The position numbers and the translations under genes are program-made. A stretch of 64,000 nt of DNA from an uncultured Nitrososphaerota archaeon (lineage in GTDB: Archaea > Thermoproteota > Nitrososphaeria > Nitrososphaerales > Gagatemarchaeaceae), in the NCBI GenBank assembly GCA_963718895.1, contig CAVRAG010000008.1:32001-96000 (forward strand). The letters run 5' to 3'. Positions 1 through 11,252 of the stretch are shown here, piece after piece (within the stretch, counting starts at the first letter, position 1; each line of letters starts with the position of its first letter). The notes under the pieces were generated by a model. That model searched no databases, was not told the origin of the DNA, and worked only from the letters and a program-made list of their open reading frames with translations.

Positions 1-2178
1 GCGAGGGGTTCCGTCACTCTCAGCCCCAACTCCGAGCAGCAGCCGATACTTCCGATCTCGAACATGAACCTCACGTCGGGGATGCAGGGCTGGACGACGT
101 CCCACAGTCCTACACGCTCAGCAGCAACCGCTCGGCGGTAGGAGCTCCCCCCAGTTCATCACCTACAACGGCACCTATCCATCGTCGAACCCTACGTCGG
201 TGATGTCGTTCAACCTCAACTTCACGAACAACGACGCCCTCGGCCAGCCCTATGAGATAGCCAGGGTCTCGGTCTTGGTCGACCAGAACTGGGGGGTGCC
301 CAGCATCCAGCCCGTGACTCTCAGCTGGGGGCCAAGCGCCACTTTCACCAACAACCCTCCTTCGGTGGTGGGGAACAACATCACCTGGGTCTCGAGCTAC
401 CCCGGATATGACATCGGCCCCGGGCAGTCGCAGGGATATCCGAGCCTGACTGAACCTCTGACCTGGACCGCGATCATCCCGAGGACCTACGGGACCTTCT
501 ACAACACGGTAGTTGTATCGTGGATAAAGAACGACCTCGGTCCAGGCGACTGCAGCCCTCCCGGACCGTCTTGCCCGTTCGTCGAGACGACAATCACGAC
601 GACGAACGCCACCATAACCCTTAGCGAGGTCTCCAGGTCGGGCACCCTCGGGACGTCCAAAGGGGTCGTTCTGCCTGACACGCCCGGGGCGATGCCCAGC
701 GGCGTCTCGGCGGGCTACGACGCCAACGCCATGACCACGTCCTCGGAGAGCGGTCCAGGTAGCATGTACATCGACTACAAACCGTCGTTCAACTCGGTCC
801 CGTTGGCCGACGGGCAGCAGCTGACGAGCAACGTCAACTTCACCACCTCATTCTCCCTCGACTCGGCCACGGCGGCGAGCCTAACGACGTCGGGGTGCTG
901 CACGCTCTCTTGGGCGTCCAGCCTTGACGGCATCAACGCGCCGCGCAACTCCCTAATTCTCTACAAGGCCTACCTTACGCAATCTATTCTCTTCAGCGGT
1001 GCCACAACCGCTGGTACGCTTGCGACAACGCTCCAAGACACCCCAGCATCTTGGACGCCTAGTGGTGGGTAGGTGACTATCTCCAATACACTTCAGGACC
1101 TGCTCTGGGGCAAACTCTTGAAATCACGGCCAACACTGCGAACACAATTATGACAGGCGCATTCAACCCGGCTCCGACGCCAGGAGGAGGCGATACCTTC
1201 ATTATCAGCGGCCAGACCTATGAGCTGCCCGTTGGCGGGACGTCCCCAGACGCGACAGCCTGTGGAATAACGCCGCACTCAGTAGACTATGTCAACCCTA
1301 CCGCGCAGAATGACTTCAACCCGTCGGGGTGGGTCAACAACTACGCCACCTTCAACCCCAGCACCTGCTCGCCAGCTTGGCTCAACCCGATGGGCGAGTG
1401 GTATAGCGGCACGTACACGCTGACTATGACGGTAACGATGACCGTCCCCGGCCAGAACCCGCACGGCGTGGGATATCCGCCCGGCGTCTCGATTCACCTC
1501 GACGACATCGGCCTCGCACTTAGGCCCCAGCCAACCACCTCCTACGGCACGACGACCTTCGAGATACCCACGGGCCTGACCTACGCCCAAGTGCAGGGTC
1601 TCGAGGTGGGCATCAACGCCACAGTGGCCTCACAGGCCCCGCTCGGGCCGCCTGCAAACACGACGATTTACGCCTACGTCGCTGACAACTCGCGGTTCGT
1701 CTACAACCCGGTCCTCTGGGTCCAGATTGGGTCGGCGACGTTCATGAACGCAGCCACGATCGACTCGTTCACGGCGCTTCCCAACGCGGCCTACTACATG
1801 AATCTGCAGTTCCGGGAAGCCCGGAGGTCGGGGACCTGGCCGTGAGAGTGAACGCCACTTCGCCCATCTCGACCGTCAGCGGGACCTTCCAGGTCAACCT
1901 CGTCGTCTACGCAGTAGTTCAGACTTTCAACCAGACGCGGGCCGTCGTCGAGTTCAAGAACCAGGGGACCACGCCTCTCAATCTGCTCTCCGCTGGTGAT
2001 ATCCGGCCCCGGCTCAGCATCGTCTGCCACATTCCCTCTGACCTTCTACGTGAGTTCCGGGCAGACAGTGGTCCTCCCCGTGAACCTTATCTGGCTGCCG
2101 GGGCAGGTCTACACGGCTACCGTGACCACCACCGGCGGCGTCACCTACTCCCGATCGTTCACGGCCCCCCTCTCCTAA
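1..2178 (+). CDS. Large secreted/cell-surface protein (adhesin/pilin-accessory-like), 5' end outside window, split by several frameshifts
   Basis: ORFs 200-1072, 1150-1845, 1842- and 1996-2178 share T/S/G/N-rich beta-strand composition and join by single-base shifts (e.g. near 1067, WTPSG continues in another frame as VGDYLQYTSGPALGQTLEITANTANTIMTG). C-terminus FKNQGTTPLNL...YTATVTTTGGVTYS resembles archaeal pilin-like/Ig folds. Confidence 0.65.
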
Positions 2179-2341
2179 AGGTTGGGGGCAGAACGCCCTT
2201 ATATCTGAGCACGAGCCGCGATGAGACTTTGTCGGTACTGTCTGCGGCTGACTGCTCGAGAGCCGGCAGAGCGCCAAGTCGTCTTCGGTCCTGAGGTGGA
2301 CAACCCGATGAGAAAAAAAGGGAAGGGAGGAGCGGAACCCC

Positions 2342-2920
2342 TTAGGCGACCGTCGCGGTCACCAGAAGGAGGACTCCGTACTCCTGCCCGTTCACTTGTA
2401 CGTCGAGGCGCAGCGTGTTGTAGGTCTGGCCCTTGAAGTTGGCGTGTGCGCCAGCCGCAAAGATGAACGACCCTGGGTTGGCGCTACTGGCGCCAGCGAG
2501 CGTGCCCTGTCCCACGAGGTGAGCCTGGTGCGGGCCCATCACCGCGGAGCCGGTGCCGAAGGTGTAGGTCGTGCCGTCGATGGAGATGGTTCCAGACGTC
2601 AGGGAGAGCGCGTACCCGCCCTTGTAGGCGCCGGTCACCGTGAGCGTCGCGGTGCCCGCTGCGGGTCCGGACTTCACGCTGTCGGTCGCCGTCGGGGAGG
2701 CTATCACGTGCCACACCCCGTTGGTGCTGGTGAAGGTGATCGTCTGACCGACGGTCAGAGCGGTCGGGGCTGGGATGACTGAGGTGCTGGTGGTGCTGGT
2801 CGCGCTCGTCGCGATCAGGGTTGTGTTCTGAGTCGCCGCCATCGCGGGGACTGCCAGAAGCAGCGCTACCATCGCGAAGACGGAGGCTGCGCCGATTGCT
2901 GCGATTTTTGCTGTCTTCAT
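2342..2920 (-). CDS. Secreted hypothetical protein
   Basis: Signal peptide MKTAKIAAIG...AVPAMA, Thr-rich linker, TATATA about 30 nt upstream, T-rich terminator-like tract downstream. Confidence 0.75.
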   Translation of the reverse strand: MKTAKIAAIGAASVFAMVALLLAVPAMAATQNTTLIATSATSTTSTSVIPAPTALTVGQTITFTSTNGVWHVIASPTATDSVKSGPAAGTATLTVTGAYKGGYALSLTSGTISIDGTTYTFGTGSAVMGPHQAHLVGQGTLAGASSANPGSFIFAAGAHANFKGQTYNTLRLDVQVNGQEYGVLLLVTATVA

Positions 2921-2980
2921 TTGTCGTCAGGGCTGTCGAACGCCCTGAGAGTATATAGCGCCCGGGAATGCGCCGTCTGG

Positions 2981-3010
2981 ACGCGGGGTTCAGATACAGG
3001 GTTCAGAACA
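2981..3010 (+). repeat. Direct repeat, left copy (ACGCGGGGTTCAGA and GGGTTCAGAACA)
   Basis: 2981-2994 is identical to 4886-4899; 2999-3010 is identical to 4891-4902. Confidence 0.8.
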
Positions 3011-3038
3011 GTCTACCGACCTAGGAGGTCCATCCGGC

Positions 3039-3255
3039 TCAGGGCTCGAGCCTTTTCAGCTCGGGGACGGCGTCGAAGTCGGCATGATAGCTCACCAGCT
3101 CCCTGATTCCGTTCCTGATCGCCGCGGCCGCGTGGATGACATCCCTAGGCTTGAGGCCCTCTCTCTGCCAACTCCTGCGCCCTCACTATCACCCCCGAAT
3201 GGACCGTGAGCAGCTTCAGCTTTGGCAGGTTGAGAAAGCTCTTCCCTTGCAGCAT
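3039..3255 (-). pseudogene. vapC: 5'-truncated VapC/PIN toxin remnant
   Basis: Manual translation GKSFLNLPKLKLL...AQELAE / GLKPRDVIHAAAAIRNGIRELVSYHADFDAVPELKRLEP* with one frameshift; homologous to the C-half of the PIN protein at 25261-25767. Confidence 0.75.
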
Positions 3256-3349
3256 AATCCAAGCAAGATTCCCGGACACAAGGTGAATGGAGATCGTACC
3301 CGAATTATTGGACAGAGCATGGCGGCGTGAACGAATGATTTATACACTC

Positions 3350-3366
3350 GTTACCGTAGTAGTAAC
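3350..3366 (+). promoter_or_regulatory. Inverted repeat GTTAC-N7-GTAAC between TATA box and start codon; putative autorepression operator
   Basis: TTTATA at 3339-3344, then the inverted repeat, then ATG at 3370. Confidence 0.5.
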
Positions 3367-3369
3367 ATA

Positions 3370-3996
3370 ATGTCGTACTATGAGCTCTGGACGATCATGG
3401 GAAGATGGAGGTCAGAGTTCTCCACAGAAGATTTCGCCATCGCCTTCTCTAGCCCTGACCCCCGAAAGGTCCTTTTCGACATGACGAGCAAGGGCCTCCT
3501 GGAGCGAACAAGTCGTGGAATGTACAAGGTGATGAGTCCAGACCGCTACCTGAACTCAAGGTACGACGTCGGAGACGCCTATGAGATCCTGAAGACCGCC
3601 GAGAGGCCGTACGCCCTGACCAACGTGGACAGTGTGTTCGTGTGGACGCGCGGCGGGTACAACGCGAATCGATTCTTCGGGTCCTATCCGATATACATCA
3701 GGGTCAAGAAGTCAGACGTTGAGTACTGGACGAAATACTTCGCACTCAGAGGAAAGAAATCCATGTTGGAGGGCGCTAGACCAAAGGAAACCCTCTACGG
3801 AATCTATTTCGTTCTTCTTCCGGCGGCCGGGCTCAGGTTCGAAGTGGTCAACGGATTGAAGGTCGATGCTCTCAATGACGCTGTCGAGGTCTGTCTCAAA
3901 GATCCCTACACGTACGGACCCGCCCTGGAGATGCTCGACAAACTGTACAACCTTGGCTTGGGCGCAAGATATGAAGGTCCGCCGATTACTGGATGA
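3370..3996 (+). CDS. AbiEi-like type IV TA antitoxin / wHTH regulator
   Basis: N-terminal wHTH ending KGLLERTSRGMY; ATGA overlap with downstream nucleotidyltransferase. Confidence 0.65.
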   Translation: MSYYELWTIMGRWRSEFSTEDFAIAFSSPDPRKVLFDMTSKGLLERTSRGMYKVMSPDRYLNSRYDVGDAYEILKTAERPYALTNVDSVFVWTRGGYNANRFFGSYPIYIRVKKSDVEYWTKYFALRGKKSMLEGARPKETLYGIYFVLLPAAGLRFEVVNGLKVDALNDAVEVCLKDPYTYGPALEMLDKLYNLGLGARYEGPPITG

Positions 3997-4766
3997 CTGG
4001 GTCGAGCCTCGCGGCGCGGGAAGCCGAGATACTGCGTCTCCTGGGCGTCCTTCACAGGAGGGGTGGTGGATTCACCCTGATAGGAGGTTATGCGGTCGAT
4101 GCATATTCTGCGCTTCCCAGATACTCCGTCGACTGCGACATAGTCGCCTCAACCGAAGCGAGCGAGAGGGTCTCATCGTTGCTGAACGAGGAGGGCTACG
4201 AAAAGGGAGAGATGCATCGGAACGAGTCAGAGGGGATCGAATCCAGAAAGTTCGTGAAGAGGGTAGGTGAGGACCAAGTATCCGTCGACCTGATGGTCGG
4301 AGGGGTGCGCTGTCGCCAGACCGAGGCCGTCTGGAAGGAAGACGAAGTGCGAAGTACCTCGAAGGAACTCCGAGTCGTGGGGGTAAGTGGCTCAGTCCTA
4401 TCGCGCGTGGCCTCGAAGGAGTTGTTGCTCGCGCTGAAGTTGCATTCAGGGAGGGACCCAGACCTTAGGGACGTTGTGATGCTGGCGGCTGGAGCCGACT
4501 GGAACACCGTGGGCGAGCTGAGCAGCAGGGGGTCGAAGGCAAGGGTCATCCTCCAGTTGGAAGCCGACGTCCGTATATTAGGTGATGACGAGTTCGAAGG
4601 ACGCTTGAAGGCATACTTCGGTTTGAGGAAGGGCGCGCGACAGGCGCATCGGCGGAACGCTGAATCAGGTCAGGAAGATTCTGGAGAGGGTCCGGCTGGC
4701 AGAATTCTCTGCCTAGTGAACCCACCCGCGCCTGAAGGCTGTGGGCTTCCTGCCCAGCCACCCTGA
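3993..4766 (+). CDS. AbiEii-like nucleotidyltransferase toxin (probable frameshift near C-terminus)
   Basis: LIGGYAV...RYSVDCD and LLALKLHSGRDPDLRD motifs of the AbiEii/AbiGii NTase fold. Confidence 0.75.
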   Translation: MTGSSLAAREAEILRLLGVLHRRGGGFTLIGGYAVDAYSALPRYSVDCDIVASTEASERVSSLLNEEGYEKGEMHRNESEGIESRKFVKRVGEDQVSVDLMVGGVRCRQTEAVWKEDEVRSTSKELRVVGVSGSVLSRVASKELLLALKLHSGRDPDLRDVVMLAAGADWNTVGELSSRGSKARVILQLEADVRILGDDEFEGRLKAYFGLRKGARQAHRRNAESGQEDSGEGPAGRILCLVNPPAPEGCGLPAQPP

Positions 4767-4885
4767 GGATCAGGGGATGGAAGCCTTCACGCAGGGAGAA
4801 GGAGAAAGCCGCGTCTTTTCGGCGCGAACCGGAATGATTCCCGAATCTAACAAGAGTAATTAGGGCTCGCATCGGGGCCCAAGGA

Positions 4886-4902
4886 ACGCGGGGTTCAGAA
4901 CA
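4886..4902 (+). repeat. Direct repeat, right copy
   Basis: ACGCGGGGTTCAGAACA, matching both sub-repeats at 2981-3010. Confidence 0.8.
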
Positions 4903-4935
4903 TTAAAGTACACTTTTGGAGATTGAGCTCAAACC

Positions 4936-5604
4936 GTGCCAACAGCGACGATAATTTCCGTCCTCAACCTCCTCTCCGGCGCGGTCGCCCTCCTCATCAG
5001 CTACTACGCCTACAAGAACAACCGGCTCGTGGGCAGCATCCTCCTCAGGTACATCAGCGTCGGGTTCCTGCTCCTCGGGTTGAGCCTCTTCCTCCAGGCG
5101 GGGACGGAGACCATCGTCAGCGTGACCGCCATAGACGCCCTCAGGGTCCGGGGAATCCAGGTGGTCGCCTTCCTCCTCTACACGGCGCTCCAGCTGATAG
5201 CCTACGGGGTCTTCGCCTGGGGGTACGGCCTCTCGTTCCTCTCGCGGGCGACCTCGAAGAGCGCGACGATCCCGGCCGTCCTCGCGAGCACGAGCGCCGT
5301 GACGAAGAAGCTGCTGGAGGGCATCGTCTTCATCCTCGCCATCTACCTCGCCTCCCAGGCCGCGATAGTCGTCCTGCTCTTCCTCATCGTCTATCACGGC
5401 GTGAGGGTCTTCACCCACACCCAGTCCAACCTCGCCCTGATGGTCCTCTTCGGGTTCGCCCTCATCTTCCTCGCCCACGTCATCATCCTTGTCGCGGCCC
5501 TCACGCTCGGAGCGACCCTGAACCTCGTGGGGAACACAATCGAGTTCTGCGGGTTCCTCTCCCTGCTCTTCTTCCTCTACTGGAGTGGTCGCGTTGTCAG
5601 CTGA
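4936..5604 (+). CDS. Polytopic (about 6-7 TM) membrane protein
   Basis: Successive hydrophobic helices; TTAAAG about 30 nt upstream; overlaps next gene. Confidence 0.8.
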   Translation: MPTATIISVLNLLSGAVALLISYYAYKNNRLVGSILLRYISVGFLLLGLSLFLQAGTETIVSVTAIDALRVRGIQVVAFLLYTALQLIAYGVFAWGYGLSFLSRATSKSATIPAVLASTSAVTKKLLEGIVFILAIYLASQAAIVVLLFLIVYHGVRVFTHTQSNLALMVLFGFALIFLAHVIILVAALTLGATLNLVGNTIEFCGFLSLLFFLYWSGRVVS

Positions 5605-5875
5605 GCGCCCGAGGTCCGCCCTCAAGATCTACCTGGACATCCTCGTGACCGTCCGGGACGAGGGGAACACCAGGCCGACGCGCATCCTCTACCGGGCGAA
5701 CCTCTCCCACGACCGGCTCGTGAAGTACCTCGGGGAGCTCAGCTCGAAGGGGCTGCTCGAGGAGAAGACCGACGCCGACGGCAAGTACTATACGCTCACC
5801 CAGAAGGGGCTGGACTTCATCAACCAGATCAAGAAGGCCGAGGCTTTCGTCATGGGCTTCGGCCTGGCGATTTGA
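5585..5875 (+). CDS. Winged-helix transcriptional regulator (COG3432/ArnR1-like)
   Basis: RSALKIYLDIL...TRILYRANLS...KYLGEL..KGLL...YTLTQKG pattern. Confidence 0.85.
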   Translation: MVALSAERPRSALKIYLDILVTVRDEGNTRPTRILYRANLSHDRLVKYLGELSSKGLLEEKTDADGKYYTLTQKGLDFINQIKKAEAFVMGFGLAI

Positions 5876-6106
5876 GGCGGACGAGCTCGAGACGCGCGAA
5901 TCTCACGTATGTTAGAGATTCCATAAAGCAAGCTCGGTCGCGTGCAACCAATAGTCTAACATTGTCAGACCGACTTGACAACTTGCTCATCTACGGCTAG
6001 CTCCCGTGCATTTTTGCGCATTTACTAGGCGAAATATTATAGATATTGGTCAGAATCCACACGTAAAGGTACCCTGAACTATGTGTAATCTCTAAACTTA
6101 TATACA

Positions 6107-7000
6107 GTGACATTGTACTCGATGACGTTTGACATGGCAAACAGGCCAAGAGGTCTGCTGTACGAGCGAAACGTTTCGCTCTCGGTGAGCAGACACACAT
6201 TCACGCGGCCGGACCAGATCTTCAGGGTGGGTGGCTTCGGAAGGAGCACGTCCAACAGCTCCAGAAGATACTCCAGCCCCATCAAGGTCAATTCTGTCAA
6301 TCCGATCCTGAGCCCCCCCACCATCCGGTCGTTTGCCTTCACGCAAACGCCGAGAGCGGAGGCGGAATCTGCAGTCACGCCCATGATGCAGTCCGTCTCC
6401 GCGGTCGGCAACTTCCCCAGCCCGCTTCCGGGCCTGGGCTCGGGTGCTTTCGGCCTCGGCTCCGCGGTAAGCTCGAGGCTGAAGATGTCGTCCTCTCTGA
6501 AGAAGATGCTCCTCTCGGCCGTCCCAGGCTTCTTCGGACTGATGGGGCTCGGGCAACTGTACGAGAAGAGGCGGAAGACGGGCTCGTTCTTCTTCGGTGC
6601 CGGTGCCCTGCTTAGCATCTTTTCGTCCTGGTACACGATCCTCCCTGAGAGGATCTTCTCGTTCGTCTCAGGAGGCGCCGCGCTTCCTCCCTACGCTCTG
6701 ACCTGGATGTCCCGCTTCACGGGCTACAACTCCTCGCTCGGCGAGCTCTCGATAGTTCTCCTCGCATTCATCCCTGCGCTCTGGGCGCTCCAGCTCTACG
6801 ATTCAGTCTCTCCCATAATGATCGCAGTCCAGGCGGCTGCGAGACCGCTCTCCGCGGCTCCCGCCATCCCGAAGGCGCTCCCGATTGCGACAAAGAGCAA
6901 TGGCGTAAAGAGCCGCGAGGAAGCGGAAGAGAGCGTAAAGAAGCTCGCCAATGACCTGATGAAGACGAAGTCGCTCTTCAGCTATCTCTGGGAAAGATAA
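6107..7000 (+). CDS. Membrane protein with TM2-like PGFFGLMGLGQLY motif (start uncertain)
   Basis: Hydrophobic helices; paralog of 13772-14889. Confidence 0.65.
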   Translation: MTLYSMTFDMANRPRGLLYERNVSLSVSRHTFTRPDQIFRVGGFGRSTSNSSRRYSSPIKVNSVNPILSPPTIRSFAFTQTPRAEAESAVTPMMQSVSAVGNFPSPLPGLGSGAFGLGSAVSSRLKMSSSLKKMLLSAVPGFFGLMGLGQLYEKRRKTGSFFFGAGALLSIFSSWYTILPERIFSFVSGGAALPPYALTWMSRFTGYNSSLGELSIVLLAFIPALWALQLYDSVSPIMIAVQAAARPLSAAPAIPKALPIATKSNGVKSREEAEESVKKLANDLMKTKSLFSYLWER

Positions 7001-7040
7001 ATACTCGGACTAGCGCGAACCAAAAGAGGACTGGTTAGCG

Positions 7041-8060
7041 CTGAAAATAGCAATCTGCACCCATCTGAGCCTCTCCTACATGGGTGGCGGCGAAAGGGAG
7101 ATGTGCGAACTCGGAATCGAGCTCGCTAACAGAGGGCATGAAGTCGAATTCTACGCGCTGCCTTTCCTTATGGGGTGCGAAGCCCAAAGCAGACCCAGTC
7201 GACAGTGTCCTCGGGGGCATTCCATACCATGAAGGTGTGGACGCACAGAGAGTCCGTGACGGACGTCGCCTATACGTTTCTACCATCCTCTCTCTACACT
7301 CAATTTTCGAGTAAAAGGCAAGAGGATCGCTTCATTCCATTCTCAAGCATTCTTCTTGAGATCAGTTAGTCCCCGAGCTATGGCATTGATACCTATCGGC
7401 GGCCTCCTACGGACACGAAGCTCATTGGTCCACTCGAACTCCGAGTCGTTCGACGCAATCCACACCCACCATCCTCACCCGACAATAAAGCATCCCCAGA
7501 CCTACATCATTCCGGGCTGGGTTGACACCCAGGTATTCAAGCCCACTGGACCAAAGAATGAGGAGTTTACGGTGCTTTTCTCCGGAAGGGCGTTGTGGCA
7601 GAAGGGTTGGGACATCTATGTCAGCTTGGCGAAGAAGATGAAGGATTCGGGTATGCGTTTTGTCTACGTGGGCGGAGCAGTCAAGGACGAAATCATCCAC
7701 TCACTCGGGTTCCAAGGGAACATGCTCGCACTTTCTAGAATCTACAATAGCTCGCATGTTCTCATGGACCCTGTTAGGGCTGATACATTCGGAAGAGTCG
7801 CTGTAGAGTCTATGGCCTGCGGGACCCCCGTTGTTACTACTCCATCACCCTCTCACCGAGAGCTGAATCTGCCATTCGTGTTTGGAAATTCTTTGGACGA
7901 TTATGCGGCGTCGGTTCGGCACCTTAGGGCGCTTTGGGAAGCGGGCAGCCCGTATAGTCGACTCTCACAGCAATGTACAAGCGCCGCGAACACCTTTGAT
8001 TTCAAGAACACGGTTACCCAGTATGAAAAGATGTTCTTTGAAGTGCTTCATGCCAATTGA
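7041..8060 (+). CDS. Glycosyltransferase family 4 (frameshifted)
   Basis: N-terminus LKIAICTHLSLSYMGGGERE...RGHEV by manual reading; C-terminus DTFGRVAVESMACGTPVVTT. Confidence 0.85.
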
Positions 8061-8239
8061 GTCCACCTCGCTGGCGCTCTAGCTCCGCTCGGAGGTCTCC
8101 AAGTGTGATTCATCTGCTTGAGCGGGACCATCGAATTGAGACTGAATCACGCAGGGCCGGTGTCGACTCGCTCGATGACCTTCCACTCGGACGAGAACAA
8201 GTTTTGTGTCCCTTGTATGGGTGCGAAGGTTAAGACCAA

Positions 8240-10136
8240 TTGAGCGCTGCGAGGTCACCTTGGATAAGAAATCTTGTGTCTTTGAGATTACTGTTGCTAA
8301 TGATTGGACTATACTGCGCAATCATGTCTTATGTAGTGATTCTTAGGTTCAATGCGTTTCAAACCAACGCATTCGATTTTGGAATCTTCAATCAGGCTTT
8401 TTCCACAGCCTTGAAAGGAAAGTTGTTCTTCGAGACGCCTGATCAACACATAATTCTCTCTGGAAGTTTTCTGGGCACACACTTCAACTTGCTCATGTTT
8501 CTGCTACTGCCCATCTACGCGCTCATGCCGCTCGCACAAACGTTGCTCGTCCTCCAGACTCTATTCATTGGGATGGCAGCTTTGCCAGTCTATCTAATTG
8601 CTCGACGAATAATCAAAAATGAAAATCTTGCTTTGATAATGGCATTCGTATTTTTAGTAAATCCTGCTACATTGTCCCTCAATCTTTACGACTTCCACCT
8701 GGAAGCTTTCCTGCCATTCTTCCTTGGCATGTTCTTCTATTTCTATCTTAGTCCGCGAATTGGCGGGGCTACGGACTTTTCTTGGGGCTTTCGCTCATCA
8801 CAATTGAGTTTGCAGCGGTGCTAGTGGTTGCCATTTGTGTAGCCCACACGCTCCGCTCGATGGTGAGGAAACCTAGGTCGCGTCGTTTCCTCGGTTTCAA
8901 CCTTGACAGGATGCATGTAACAATTCTATTCTCGACAGTCGCCTTCTCAGTCGCGTATTTCTATATCGCTATTTATTTGTCGGCCGCGCTTTCAGGAACG
9001 AGTACCTCAGTACAAGGAATCCTTGCTGGATTCGTGACAGCACCCAAGAACGCCAACACCTTCTACATCATATCGGAGTTTTGGATGCTGCCTCTCGTGA
9101 GTCTAATGTTCTTGCCACTGCTCGCCCCGAGTCAGCTCGTCATGGTTCTACCATGGTTCATTGTAACGTTGCTTGTTAGCAGTAGTCCAACAGAGTTCAG
9201 TCTCGGGTACCAAAGCGCAGGCGCGTTTGTCGTCCCATTCCTGACATTGGCGCGATATTTTCCATAGGAAAGATCCATGCGAGAAATATAGATTTGCGGG
9301 GATTGCTGGTCGGCATTTTTCTGTTCTCCCTGATCCTCAGTCCTTTCAATCCTTTAACACAAAATCGCATCCCAGGAATCACATACCAAGAGGGATTCCC
9401 GTCAGTCACGTCGCATGACCAGGTCTTGCAAGCTGCGTTGGCATTGATCCCATCAAACGCATCGGTCCTAACTCAAGACAACTTGTTCCCCCAAGTCAGC
9501 AATAGGCTTGAGGCATATGTCTATCTGACGAGCAACAAGACTTCCATTGATTTCGTTTTGGGTGATTCGGAGTCGTCCTGGTATTCGCAAGAAATCTGGG
9601 GGACTCAAAGCATGAAGAGCTGGCTTCCCTACTTTCTCTCAACCGGGCGATACGGCTTCCTCGTGAACGATGACGGAGTCGTTCTCCTTGAAGCGAACTA
9701 TTCCGGATCTGTTCTTCTATCAGGAAGGACTAGTTACGTCTACAATTACCAGTCACTAAGCCTCTATTCTGGGTCGAGGGAGTCTGACTCTACATCCTTA
9801 AGCGGAACAGTACTGGTTCATAGCAACACTGACTTGTCCGGCGTAACGTTCTGGTTCGGTCCGTATGCATCTCTTCCTCCAGGTCAATACAACGCAACCT
9901 TCTATCTCAAAACTGATCAAAGCACCACCGGCTCTCTGAAACTGATGGTGTCGAATTTCATCAGTGCCACTGACGCCACACTACTTGCTGAACGTAACGT
10001 GAGTCTAACAAGCTTCTCAGCGCCAGACATTTGGACCGCGATTACCGTCCCTTTTGTCTACTCTCCACAGCAAGCTATCACAGGTAAGTTGGAGTTCAAG
10101 GGGTTCGACTCGTCGGGTGGTCCTTGCTACCCATAG
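8240..10136 (+). CDS. DUF2079 family membrane protein (GT-C-like), split over three ORFs
   Basis: AFDFGIFNQ, SFLGTHFN, YDFHLEAF, IPSNASVLTQ and FGPYASLPPGQY motifs. Confidence 0.8.
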
Positions 10137-10173
10137 ACTACATTCAGGTGACTTATGTCGGAACTGATGGGTT

Positions 10174-11233
10174 GTGAGGTTCGATTTGAGAATCGCGTTC
10201 TGCCATACCTACAGCCTAAGCTTCGGCGGAGGCGGCGAGTACTTTCTCTCAGGACTGGCGAACTATCTCAGTGGAAGGGGGCACGAGGTCAGCATTCACT
10301 GTGTTCCCATCCGCAAAGGGGTTGCCAAGGTCAAGCTATCAGAATCGGTGGAGGTTTGCCAGAGTCCCCTTCATGGGATATCAGCAGACGTATGCTACTT
10401 CGTATACATGCCTCTTGTTACCAAACTCTTCGTCACGAATTGTCCAAAGATTTGCAGGGCTTCATGGGGCGGCCGTCAATTCACCCAATCAACCGTATAA
10501 TCTTCGGGAGGGTCCGATGATTGCACTCGTGCATCTATTAGTGCGAGGATTCGGGACGACGCTTCTGCGAGAGTTTGATGCTATTCATACCGTGAACGCG
10601 AGCGAGAGCACTGCTCCCGTACCAACATACAACATCCCAAATTGGGTGGACTGCAGCAAGGCTGCAATGTGCTTGTCCGAAAAGCAGAGAGATCGGAGAG
10701 TTTTCAAAGCCTATTACGTTGGTCGACCAACTGCGAATCGGGGATTCGAGGACTTTCTCAAGCTGACCACCCTTGTCGATGTACCCGAAATTCAATTTGT
10801 CACTGTTACTCCAGCGGAAAGCGACCCCGGGACCAATCCTCGCATAGCAAGCTTAGGGTACGTTCCGCATGAGAAGATTTCCGAAGTCTTGACGGATGCA
10901 GACGTCTTGATTCAACCGATTCGGAATGAGACATTCGGAAGGATTATTCTTGAATCACTCGTATGTGGGACACCCGTTATCACCACACCGTCAACCCAAC
11001 ACATCGCGTTTGGCGTGCCTCTCCTGTACGCTGCTACGGCTAACGAAATGCGAAATCAACTGCTCAAGTTGTATGCACTTTGGAGATTCAAGCGGAGTGA
11101 ATATGATCACATGTGCAAACTTGGCGTGACTGCCGCTCTGAAGTATGATCGAGACATCGTTCTGCCGAAGCTAGAAATGATGCTGAAAGAGGTTGCTACC
11201 GGAAACTCCAAGCCCCGGAGTCACGTGGCGTGA
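10174..11233 (+). CDS. Glycosyltransferase family 4 (frameshift near 10455)
   Basis: RIAFCHTYSLSFGGGGE...RGHEV and ETFGRIILESLVCGTPVITT; paralog of 7041. Confidence 0.85.
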
Positions 11234-11252
11234 ATGACGCGGTATCCTCGAA

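Noticed and set aside
1070-1072. Pyrrolysine or stop-codon readthrough at TAG
   Set aside because: The coding continuation is in a different frame, so an indel explains it.
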